From NCBI GenBank assembly GCA_965637545.1, contig OZ281494.1:6200001-6264000 (forward strand): DNA of 64,000 bases, in the 5' to 3' direction. Positions 23,001-34,095 of the stretch are shown here, in pieces; position 1 is the first letter of the stretch, and each line of letters starts with the position of its first letter. The DNA comes from Phallusia mammillata (Eukaryota). A program made the translations under genes and the position numbers. The notes beneath the pieces are model-generated. The model was not told where the DNA came from. It saw only the letters and a program-made list of their open reading frames with translations, and did not search any database.

Positions 23001-26000
23001 GTCCTGATGTCCAACATACTTTTTGTGCTGTGGAAAATGTTTTTAACTTTCGCCACTATGTTGGTAATACCTAAAAAATACACATAAAATTACACTCAAT
23101 AGATTGGTAAAGTTGGTAAATCTGCACAAATACAATGAATATACAACATTATATTTGTACAACATTATGCTTAGCAGCTATTTTCAACATTTAGCAGTTG
23201 TTAAATAGCTTAAACTGAATAGGAATCAGGATGTCGGGTAGGAAACATGTACAGTATTGGAGCAAGAAATATTTAGACAACATTGAGTCAGCCTTAAAGC
23301 CTTACTTGGAGACAGAAGTTTTACCAGAATTTGCAGCATGGTGGATGGATGAAGGGTTGGATGGAACACCATGGTACTTGGTTGTTAATGTTTAGTTGTT
23401 TGGAATAATGTAGTGTGGAAGTTATTTTATGATTGGTGCAGAATCTACAACCAGGGTTAAGTGGAACATTGCAGGCATATTTCAAACTGACTTACTTTAA
23501 GCGAAATACTTTTTAAAACAAGTTATTTACTCTGTTAGTTTGTGGGAAAAGTTTTTCACTACATTTATCGTAATTTTGCATTATACTCTACTGCTGGTAT
23601 TTATCACATAAAAAGGCTAAATTAGGTCTTGTTTTCTAAATTAAACCATTAATGTCTAGTGGATTGATTTTTAACTACTTTCATAGAACAGTTCTGTCTA
23701 TTTTTATAGTTTTCTTTACCAAGTGTTCCCTGGCAACACCACGCAGTGGCAGAGATTGTTTTTCAAAGCAGTCAGAGACGGTGATTTTGATGTGGTGAAG
23801 AAAATGGTTTTGTTTTTCTCTGAATCTCATCCCAACTTCATTGCTTGCCGTGAAGCAAATTCTGGAAACACTATTTTACATGTAGCAGCAAGATTTGGAC
23901 AATTTGTAAGTTTGTCTCTCTCCTGTAACAACTCAAATGCGAAACTAAACTAAGCAGTATATAGTTTACATATTTTGACGAAATAGCAATATCGTTCTGT
24001 GTAGGTTTCTATCATAGCCCTTTTTTATTTTTTTAACAGCATGATTTTTGTCAACATCACTGTAAAATTTATCAGACCTACCTTTGCAGAATATCTGCAA
24101 ATTTTTGTTGGAAAGTGGTTGTAATGTGAATGCCAAAAATGTGACTGGATGCACTGCATTGTTCTTTGCTGCTGAGGGGCTACACAGAAGAGTAGCACAG
24201 GTATTGTGAAGAAAAAAACTAGTTTCAACCTTCGTGTGTAACATACATTCTAGTAAACATGCATTTTTGCTTGCAGTTGTTGATAGAATGGGGTTGCAAC
24301 ACTAAGATACAAAACTTCAGCTGTCAAACCGCATTTGATCTCATGAGGCATGAAGATATGAAAACTTCATTGAAAGGTTAAAAAATTTTAGGTTTAAAAT
24401 TAGCACTGATTTAAAAAACTATAACGAAAAAATTGTTAAAATCAAATTATACAGTTGTATGGATCATTCCATAACCTGCATGTTTTGCTAATCCCTAAAA
24501 AAGCTTTGTGTTTTTAGAAATAGCAGCATTATGGCAAGCAACAGTTCCACAAGTTGTGCGAGGTTGTCTTGATCCCCTACACCGAGTTGTTAAGGATCAT
24601 ATGTTGGGAATCAGACCAATGGCAGATATCAGCGCTCGCTGCCTAAAAGGAAGTACTTTAATGCACACAGCTGTTCACTTTGAAGATATTACAGCTATCA
24701 AAGTAATCCTACGTTTTTACATAATTTCATATTTGTTTGAAATAATTTAAATGATTTTTTTCTGAATATATTTGTTTCCTTAAATGTTTTGATAGAAGGT
24801 ATTGTGTCAAATAAATTAGAGAAGGGGATAACAAGCTAAGTGGTAGAAATCTTGTTGTTCATTACATACTTGTTTGAAATAATTTGTGTAAAAACTTCTT
24901 ACGATGATATTTGTTTCCAGAAATTGTGTTGTGATAAGTGAATTGGGAAAGGGGAATAACTACTAAGTGCTAGTATTAAAGTTTCTTTTTACCACCTAAT
25001 GCACTACCTTATGTACACAACCTAACAACCTGGTTAAACTTAAATTGTCGACAGCTCTTGTTTAATGCACTGGTAAACAGAATATACATAGTTTTTTTGT
25101 TTCCGGTTGATGCCAGAATTTGCTGAAAGTTCGGGTTGACATAAACTTGCGAGATTACCAAGGTGCAACTCCACTACATCGAGCAAGAAGCATTGAAACT
25201 CTTGAGGTAATGTAAGTTTAAAAACCAATTATTTTTCAGTATGTTTTTTGCAATGAAAAGAAAATGTTTAAACGATTTGCATGAAACTGCAGTGAATTTT
25301 ATGGTGACAAATGTGAGAAAAACCAAGAAGCATTTTTTAAATATTTTTCAGCTCCTACTAGATAGCAATGCTGATGTAAATGCAGCAGACAATGAAGGAA
25401 ATGTTGCCCTTCATGTTCGAGCATATGGTGAAAACAACAAACCAAGTTTCCTTGATGGGATAAAAATACTGGTAATAATTTTGGTGTTAAACCTTTGAAA
25501 ATTACCTAAAAGTATTGAGAACCACTGGTGTAATTGCATAACTGTTGCTTGATTAGAAAAAAATCAATAATTGCATTTTCCTTCTCAACTTTTTAGGTGG
25601 ACCATGATGCTGATATCACCCATAGAAACAAAAAGCAACTGATGCCAGTGCACTGTGCTGCAATGCAGGTAAGCCTTTTAAATTTCTTTATTATCTGTGT
25701 GTCACTTGTTGATAAAAATAGGTTGTAGCTACTATAAATCTCACAAAAGCTTTTAAGATGTCCAATACTGATGGACATTTAGACCAGTGCTTGTCAACCT
25801 TTTTTGAAACTGTACACCCTTTTAACGTTTACTCAAAATTTGTACACCCTAGTGAAAAAATTATTCAACCCTGTAACACACTAAATCTGTGGTCCCAACA
25901 GAAATAATGATGATGAGCACAACACCAACAAGCCATAATCCATAATTTCAAAAATAACTACCATTAACAACGATTATCAAGTGAAATATTGAATTATGAT

Positions 26001-29000
26001 GTCACAAATAAAGTTTTGTAACTTAAAATCAACATACACTTGAGATGCATGTTGTGCCATATATTGTACACTCCAGTCAGTCTGTTCTAAAACTGAAACC
26101 TGCCTATTGTGATGCCTGGGTCATAGGTATATTATATTTTGTATCTGGTACACCCCAGTACACCCCATCAAAATGGTACACCCTTTAAAAATTATGGTAC
26201 ACCCTGGGGTGTACAATACACCCGGTTGAAAAGCACTGATTTAGACTATGTTGTTTTCTTCATGTAAAACTGAAGGTTTTCGAATCTGGATTTTCTACAA
26301 ATAATATTTTCTGCTCCAGGGTCGGAAAGATATTATTGAACTTCTCCTGGAAGAAAGTGATGATTTGATCAAGTCCGAAGTTGATAAAGAAGCAATTGAT
26401 TCTCCTCCAAGTCTTCCATATCTTGCTCTTGCTGGAAATCATCTTCCTTGTGCTACTTGGTAAAAAATCTTTTGGTTGGCCATAAGCCTGTGTAAAATTT
26501 GTATGTTGCATAACTTGCAATTCAGTTTTATTTTTTAAATAAATGTAACCTGGAGGTAAAAGGAATTAAATTGTTTTTTGCTGGTGTATCAAATTGTCAT
26601 CAAGAAAAGGTCCTTTAAAAAACGGTCATATTTCGAATTACTGAGCAATGCCATTTCTCAAACGCAATTAGTTTTACTGTTTGTTATTGTCGACATACTA
26701 AAATTAGAACCCATGACCTTATGATTTCAAATCTCTAGTAAAATGTGCCTTATTAGGCTAGCTTTCTTAATACCGATAGGTGGCACAAAGAGAACTCTGA
26801 TTTGCTACAAATCTAAATTGGAATTGTTATAGGTTGGTTCAACAAGGTTTTCTGTTCAAAACTGATGAATGCAACCGAATAATTTACAAGATTCTAAAGC
26901 AGGAAGTTTCACTGGATGAGAGGGCAGAAGCAACAAGATTTCTGTTAAAAAATGGCGGGCTTGTGAGTTTGAAATATCCTGGTGGGGACACGTAAGTTCA
27001 ATGTTATTCAGATTTAACTGCTGTCAATATTTAGGCTTACTTTGGCTAATCTGAAAAATGTGTGCTAACAGTATTGCTTCTAAACATGGTTGTTAAAAGT
27101 TTTTTCCTGGGTATGAAATGGCAAAAACGAGAGGAAATTTACTCCGAACCTTTTGTTAAAAACATACGCCCATGCTTAAAAGCTAAAGCTGGATACAATT
27201 TAGCCTAAGCAGCAGTGATCTAAAATAAAAACTATAATCTGGCAGGTCAGTTCACCTGGCGTCACTCATGACTGGTCCCACCGACGTCCTGCAAGTTTTG
27301 TTTGAATTTGGGGCAAAAGTTGACGGAGTAAATGACGAGGGATCGACGAGTTTGTTTGATGCGATGAAAACGAACAACTTTGAAGCTGCCAGTGTTCTCA
27401 TAAACCAAGGTGAGATTTGGAAGAATGCTGGTGTCAGGTTATGGTAATTCAATGGTGTCGGTCGGTTTTACTAAGTGAGTTTTGGATAAAAATGTGTTCG
27501 ATTTGGGCCTTACTTTGATGAGTCTAATTAATTATGGGTCCCCTTCCCTGAAGGGGACACATATTGATTTTACTCAAATTGTTTTTTTGTTTTTTTCTTT
27601 TGTTTTCTTCTTTTTTCTTCTCCCCAAAGTTTGTCTGACTCGTTTTTCCATCAAATCCTTGATGGATTTGCATGAAATTTACACAGATGGTAGATGTAGT
27701 TATGTAGATGTGCATCCCACTTTGTTTTTGTTGATAACCCCAGTATTTACCCCGCTAGCCCCCTAAAATGGGTATTTTTTCCCCAAAGTTTGTCCGACTC
27801 GTTTTTCCATCAAATGTTTGATGGATTTGGCTGAAATTTACACAGATGGTAGATGTAGTTATGTAAATGTGCTTCCCACTTCGTTTTTGTTGATAACCCC
27901 AGTATTTACCCCGCTAGCCCCCTAAAATGGGTGAGTTTTTAAACAGTGTCAGAATTGGCTGAAATTTGGATAGCTTGTAGAGTATGCCATTTATAGATGT
28001 CGATTGGTGTGTTCAACCATGTAGCCCCATCATTTACCCCACAAGCCCCTAAAGTGTAAAACGTATTTGTATGTTACTGGGCACCACAAACGAAAGATTT
28101 CTGTTGCTCAATAGTGTTACAAGGGCAAGCAGTTGTATGTTACTCTTTTATGACTTTGTGGATTGCTTGGTGAACGTTAGTTAGGGGGTTGTTAACAGCC
28201 CTATGACATCTGAAACATTAACGGTTGTCGCTCAAAACACCTCTAGTGGTCGAAATTTTAAACATTGGCGGATTGGGCTGAAATTTTGCAGTACTATTGA
28301 TTGAGTCATTGAGATTTCATATTTTTTTAGTTTGAGTGTCTGACCCCATTAGTTACCCCACTAGTCCCCTACAATGGGTCAGTTTTTTAAACAGTGTCGG
28401 GATTGGATAAAATTTGGGGTAGTATGTGGACTATGCTATTTGTAGGTTTCAGTTGATGTGTTTTACCTTTAGCCCCAACATTTTCTCAACTAGCCCCCTA
28501 AAATAAATGAACTTTTAAAAAACATTCTAATTATATGAAATTTTGCAAAGTTTATTAAACATACTCAAATGTTATGTTTTTACATAGTATTATTATTTAA
28601 GCCCAGTGCCGATCACTGCGTTTACCTTACAACACCAAACTTTCACATGGTTATCTCTTGAAATGCATTATCTACAACTTTGCATGTGTGGGGACCCATG
28701 AGCTTCTGCTTGCAGAAACAACTAAGGTTATAAAAGATAGTGGATGGTATGGGACCCAATATAAAATAAGCATAGGAAATATATCAATGTTTTAAAATAG
28801 GTTATAGTGTATATGCAAGGGCAATATGTGCTAAGCCACCCTTCTAGTTTTTTTAGCTAAAAATCTGGTTTGAGCCAAGTTTCAGATACAGTCAAACTTC
28901 GATACTATGCCACCCTTTGGGACCGAGAGAAAGTGGCATAGTATAGCGAAGGTGGCATAATAGCGAGGGTTGTTTGTAAAAATAGCCTTGTGACGTGCAA

Positions 29001-30744
29001 TGTACTGTAATGCCACGTTGTGTTGTACGATTGTAATTTATTACAGTATACAGTATAAGGTACAGTACGGATAGAGTATAATTTATTACAAAAACGGATA
29101 GATCGTGCATAGAACAAACAAGATATGTTAGTTTTGTCGTGACACAAGCACGGAACGGCGTTTACATACCTCGCTCCAAAGCCGTGAAACCTCATAACAT
29201 GACCACGTTTGTTTACTCAACGATTCGTTTTTCAGTTTTTCCCAGTTTTATCATGAGCTCAAACCGAAAGTAGTCAGAAGGCCCAATTTTTCAATCCGGA
29301 ACCAGACCATTAATACAGTAATACTGTACTCTCATGTGTCATAGTATCAAGGGTAAGGGGTGGCATAGTAAATATATTTTCCATTGAATTTAGTTGGTTT
29401 AACAGTTTCATTTATTACTGTCCATGCCTGATGATCCTGGTGATTATAACTTACCAGATTTACCGTTATGTGGCGCTAGAGAGACTTTTGTTGTATATTT
29501 AAATTGATCTTGTCATTATAGGTGCAGATGTTCGTTGGAAAAACAACCAAGGTCACACTGCCCTTGACCTCATTCACGACTACGATGAATGGATTGCTTG
29601 CACTTTCTTCTCTGATGACATCATTGCAAGGTTCAAAGGTCACTATCTCTATGAAATGGTATTTTTTTGTCCGATGTTTTTATTTTTTATTTATTTTACA
29701 GCTTACAAACTGAAGAATGCCAGAGACTTGATTCGAAACATTAGCAAGAAGTTGAACGATGATGCTCACAGAATGAAATCATTGTTGAGACAGAACATGC
29801 CACGAGTATGTGTTGTGTGTTAGCGTGTCTACGCACATTTTAAATGCAATATACGAGGACCGTGCATTCACAAAACCCTTTTGCTATTGGTGCTTAAACT
29901 GGTTTAAAAAGCATTTTTTTTGTCGGAAGATGTAGGAATTTTACAATACAGGCAATGTAGTCGTAATTTGCACACACTATTACACCATTTTGTAGATTTA
30001 GTGTGTATTTTGGCGGGCTTCGATGAAACAAAACCTTGGGATGCGACCGGTTTGAGTTCATTTGCAACGTTTGTGAATTTAGAGTTTTTGCTGACATTAC
30101 TTTTAACAGAAGTAAAACAGCACAAAATATGTTTTAATCCGCAGCCGTTTCTGTCGTTGCCTAGCAACCTTGCAACGACTCCAGGTAACGGAGGTTACCT
30201 CCAGAGGGGGACTTCCCCTGTGCCAAAATTTCCTTTGTATGGTTTTCCAGCTTTGGCGCCTCCAGCGAACAAAGCAGGTAAGTAGTGACTTGTACCCGGA
30301 CACAACAAGTCCAAAGTGACACAGCAATCGAACCGGTGCTCGTAAAATGCATTCATGCTTGTGCTACTCTGCAGACTGATGAAACAATAGTAGTTTTAGG
30401 GTAATACGGTTTTCGGTGACAAATGCGATCAAAATGTGTTCTAGGGTTGTCTCGCACACCCATATTTCGTCTTCAAGCCCCAAAACAGGAGATAATAGCT
30501 ACAATCTGCTGACTAAAATATTTTGCGGCACACTTTTATAATTTTTTAAAACTATTTATGATTTTGGTCTTTAAACGTAGAAACATTGATTTACAATTCT
30601 ATTCAAATAATGTTATTGACATTATTTTGCATTTCAGGTTTTGGTCAGCTTCGTCAGGAAGTAAAATGTTCTCATAAACTTGCTTTGCCGCCTGTCACAA
30701 TTCCACAAGTAAATAGCAGAGACACACCTCAGCCTACTTACTAA
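17054..30744 (+). CDS. ~1078-aa protein: two calponin-homology-like domains, coiled coil, unknown alpha/beta domain, about 10 ankyrin repeats
   Basis: 25 phase-consistent exons: 17054-17183, 17446-17612, 17937-18047, 18278-18404, 18575-18699, 19437-19564, 19968-20139, 20836-20962, 21180-21318, 21627-21787, 22060-22151, 22300-22349, 23710-23905, 24090-24200, 24277-24376, 24518-24702, 25352-25471, 25597-25668, 26320-26459, 26833-26991, 27246-27409, 29522-29638, 29702-29805, 30145-30277, 30638-30744 (3237 nt). CH cues: NGFTAWANLRL, DLVDSRALCGLINSFIPG, DPKSICSYL. Ankyrin cues: GNTILHVAARFG, GCTALFFAA, DVNAADNEGNVALH, GHTALDL. Confidence 0.9.
25785..26238. mobile_element. hAT MITE (454 bp) in an ankyrin-gene intron
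   Basis: TIR CAGTGCTTGTCAACC / GGTTGAAAAGCACTG (1 mismatch); perfect TSD ATTTAGAC at 25777-25784 and 26239-26246; six GTACACCC motifs. Confidence 0.92.
27531..28848 (+). mobile_element. Helentron/DINE-1-like non-autonomous element with ~159-bp internal tandem repeats
   Basis: Subterminal inverted motifs (ATGGGTCCC/GGGACCCAT; CACATATTG/CAATATGTG); near-identical units at 27621-27772 and 27781-27931 plus three decayed ones; ends CTTCTAG followed by a T-run. Confidence 0.6.
28889..29370. mobile_element. Degenerate pogo/Tigger-like MITE
   Basis: TA-CAGTCAAACTTCGATA start; TACTATGCCACCC (28903) is inverted against GGGTGGCATAGTA near 29357-29370; right terminus eroded. Confidence 0.5.
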
Positions 30745-32179
30745 TACAAAAAAAGCAACAATAGATGGATTCGTCATACAAGTGTTTTATACAGTAGTTT
30801 GTCCATGGTTTATGTAGCCACAAATAACTACAGTATTTTTGTTTTTTACATTTCTGTTTTGTTGCCTTACATAAAATTCTGAAATAACATTATGTTTATG
30901 GTAATCCACCTATATTTCTGATATTTCCCCCGCAACAACATAATAGCTGGATCTTATGCAGATAATGTTGATTTAACCTGCTTGTAGTCAACAATCATGA
31001 AGTTGTACGCAAGAATATATTTAATACCAGTGCAGCACTATAGACCATCTTACAGGCTTGAAAAGTATCTTATATGTCTCGTGTTTGTATTGGCAAAGTA
31101 ATAACAATTTGCGGCAATACCTTGTTTGTATACTCGTTTATACTTTTAGATTTCCGGTGTCCTAAATTACTTTTACCACACACTGTGTAACCCCTTGCAC
31201 TTATGTTACCAAAGCACTTTCTCTTCTTTTTACCTAGTGTTATTTTTTTGTTTTAAATTCCTGTGATTTGTTGATGTATGTATTCTTTCATGTCTGTGCA
31301 TCGTGCACTAATTTCGTCCGCGTCTACGTCTGTAATCTGACACAACTGATGTAGATTACTAGTTTGTTCTATTGAAGTATGTGACGTGTTACAGCTGTAC
31401 AAGCTTACAATGCAGGTAAAATTATAACAATGGAAAGACACGATGCATAAAAACCAATAGGTCACACAAATAAAAATAGTAAATCATTTAGCAAAAAGTA
31501 TTTACAGGATTCTATGCCAGCCCATGACGCAACTGAAACAACGATCGTGAAGTGTAACATAAAACAGTTCCAAAATTGGTCTTTTAAAGACTTCTCTATA
31601 GTAGGCTACTTAGGCACAACGCTTGAGTTTTTTGAATATAGCCCTATTGAAAAGTATTTGTATATCGACAGGGTGTCCGTGAGTCCAGCAAAGGGAAACA
31701 AGTAACACCTAAATAAATGAGATTCAGGTGTGTGTGTGTGAGTAAAAGCTAATTTGCAGTAATGCTGCGAAATGTATAGAAACTCATAAAATATACAAAA
31801 CAAATAAAAATATAGGTGCCGATGTGACTCTATACATCCGTACAAGACAAGTGCTATTTACAACACACAAACTGCGATACGAATGACTACCAGCCAGAAA
31901 GGTCAACAAAGCACTGATAAAACCATACTAAGCTAAACAGAAGACAAGCATGGCGATAAAACCGAAAAAACAGGTATTAAACCAGTTGGTACTTAATCTG
32001 AATAACTACAAAATTCAGCTTTGTACAGTAAACGCAATAACACACATTTTTTAACACAGCATTTCATTGCTAACAGAAAACATAAGACAACAAGTAAAAA
32101 TGCCACCAAGCAGGCAATTTTACGTTTATTCCAGTGTTCAGTTTAATATGCCATGCCGTGTATGAGTAACACTCCATTG

Positions 32180-33137
32180 TTATTTTGTTGCCTTCAACTT
32201 TTCCATAACGAGTTGTAAATTGTATTCACTCGTTGCAACGCTGCTATTTCGTTCTTCGTCGGTGAAATCTTCAGCCCTGAGTTTTGCTTTAATGGCTAAA
32301 CTGTAGTATTTTTTTGCATCTTTTAGTTGTGATTTTTGTCGATAAACAAAACCAAGGTTGTTTAACAGACGGCCGTATATTGAATGTTTAGAACTATCAT
32401 CTCCGAAGGTCGTTTTGATTTGCTCCAGTGCTCTTTTGATTGTGATTTTACTCGCCGTTAAATCGCCAATCAAACGTTGACTCAACTCGATGTGATGGAA
32501 ACAGCGGGCCTCTTGTAAGCATTGGGTTTCTTTGCTTATGCCCCTATGGTCTGAAATTTGTCGTCGCATTTCGTGCATGAGTGGAATCACGTGAAAGTTT
32601 ATAGTCTTCCAATTTTTGCTGTGGTCGGTTTCTTTTAGCATAGCCTGTACAGTTGCATACAATCCTTCTGTGCACGAAACAATACCATCAGACGCAAGTT
32701 TGCTGTCGCTATGAAGAGCAAAATAATCCGCTGCAACGTGGTAGAACAAGATTGATTCAAAATACTTTTTGTCCGTGGTAATTCTTTTAGCGAACGTTTT
32801 TAGTTCATCAGCTGTGGTGTCAACTTTTCGTCGAACCAACACAAGAAGTTCCTGTTCAACAAGATCGGCCTTGTGGTATTTTTCTTCGTGAATCAGGCGA
32901 GTATAGTGTTTCACCAGTTGTGTTTTTTGGGAATTTTGTCCTAAACACAAACGATTTCGTGATTGCAACAAGACTAATAGTTTTACCAGAACCGTTATCA
33001 CCTAATAAGTAGAATCATCATACAATACAGGAAAGAACATAAGTGTCATTATAGCATGGGAATATCAATGAGTCAAAATGTGACTTACCCGCAAATGTTT
33101 CAAGTGTAGCGGTGTCAGTATAAAGCAAGACCGCCAT
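32180..33137 (-). CDS. TPR-domain protein, paralog A (may extend further 5' with a hydrophobic segment)
   Basis: Exon 33137-33089 (MAVLLYTDTATLETFA, phase 1) joins exon 32940-32180. TPR-like helices include IYGRLLNNLGFVYRQKSQLKDAKKYYSLAIKAK. The frame stays open upstream to an acceptor at 33260. Confidence 0.8.
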
Positions 33138-34095
33138 GTTTAATATTACCACAAAGGATATTAATGACAGTAAGCATATGGCGACAAATTCTGAAACAAG
33201 AAACACAATTTGTTCGTAACCGTCTCGACTGGTTTCGCAAGAAAACAGACGAAAGGTAGCCTATACACCGGTTTGATGAGACATATACCAACACGGGTAC
33301 AGAGTAGGGTATTTTAACTCAACGCCATGTATAAACTTTGACGACAAGACGATACGACTCCCACTTACTACGTCCAATACATCAAAATTGGATTTCCAGA
33401 GATAATGCTTATTTGAAAAAAAACCTTTAACTTTACAACCGACCTAACGAGCCAGCTTTCTGTGCCACGAATGTTAGGTGAGCAAAGGCGCTTTCATTTG
33501 TTAGGAGAAAAGCAAGCTGACAAAACTGCGACAGAAAAGATAACGCGTTCGTGATGTATAACTCATTTTTCAATTTACTTAAATTACCCTCACTCAATCC
33601 CTTCTTCTTTAAAAAAATCCCCACACCCTTTTTAAACTTACATTACATTTTTTTGCTATCATACAATAAGAACTTCAAACCCTACTTTTTTGCACGGTGA
33701 TTTGCGATGAGTAAACGAAGCAAACTATGTACTAAAAATAACTTTCTATAAGGGTTCAAAAGTTTATGGCAAATCATATCATTTACTCATGCATACGTCA
33801 CTAATCCTTGCGCCTATACTTGCATTTATTTAATTTCTTTATTTGCTTCTACGGCCTTACCTGCCTATAGTTACGACTTTATGTTACCCGTCTACTGCTG
33901 CTGGCAATCGCTACCTGCAAGAATCCCGCTTTTTGCAACACTTACTGCAATTTCCAATACCACTTGTCTTTTGCAACCCCCCTTCTGCTTTTTGCAAACG
34001 TTGATACTGCTCTCTGCATTGTGCAACCAACACCTGCATTACTGCAACTTTTGCTGGAAGACGTCACCTTTTGTGCGTTTTTGTTCCTATTTATC

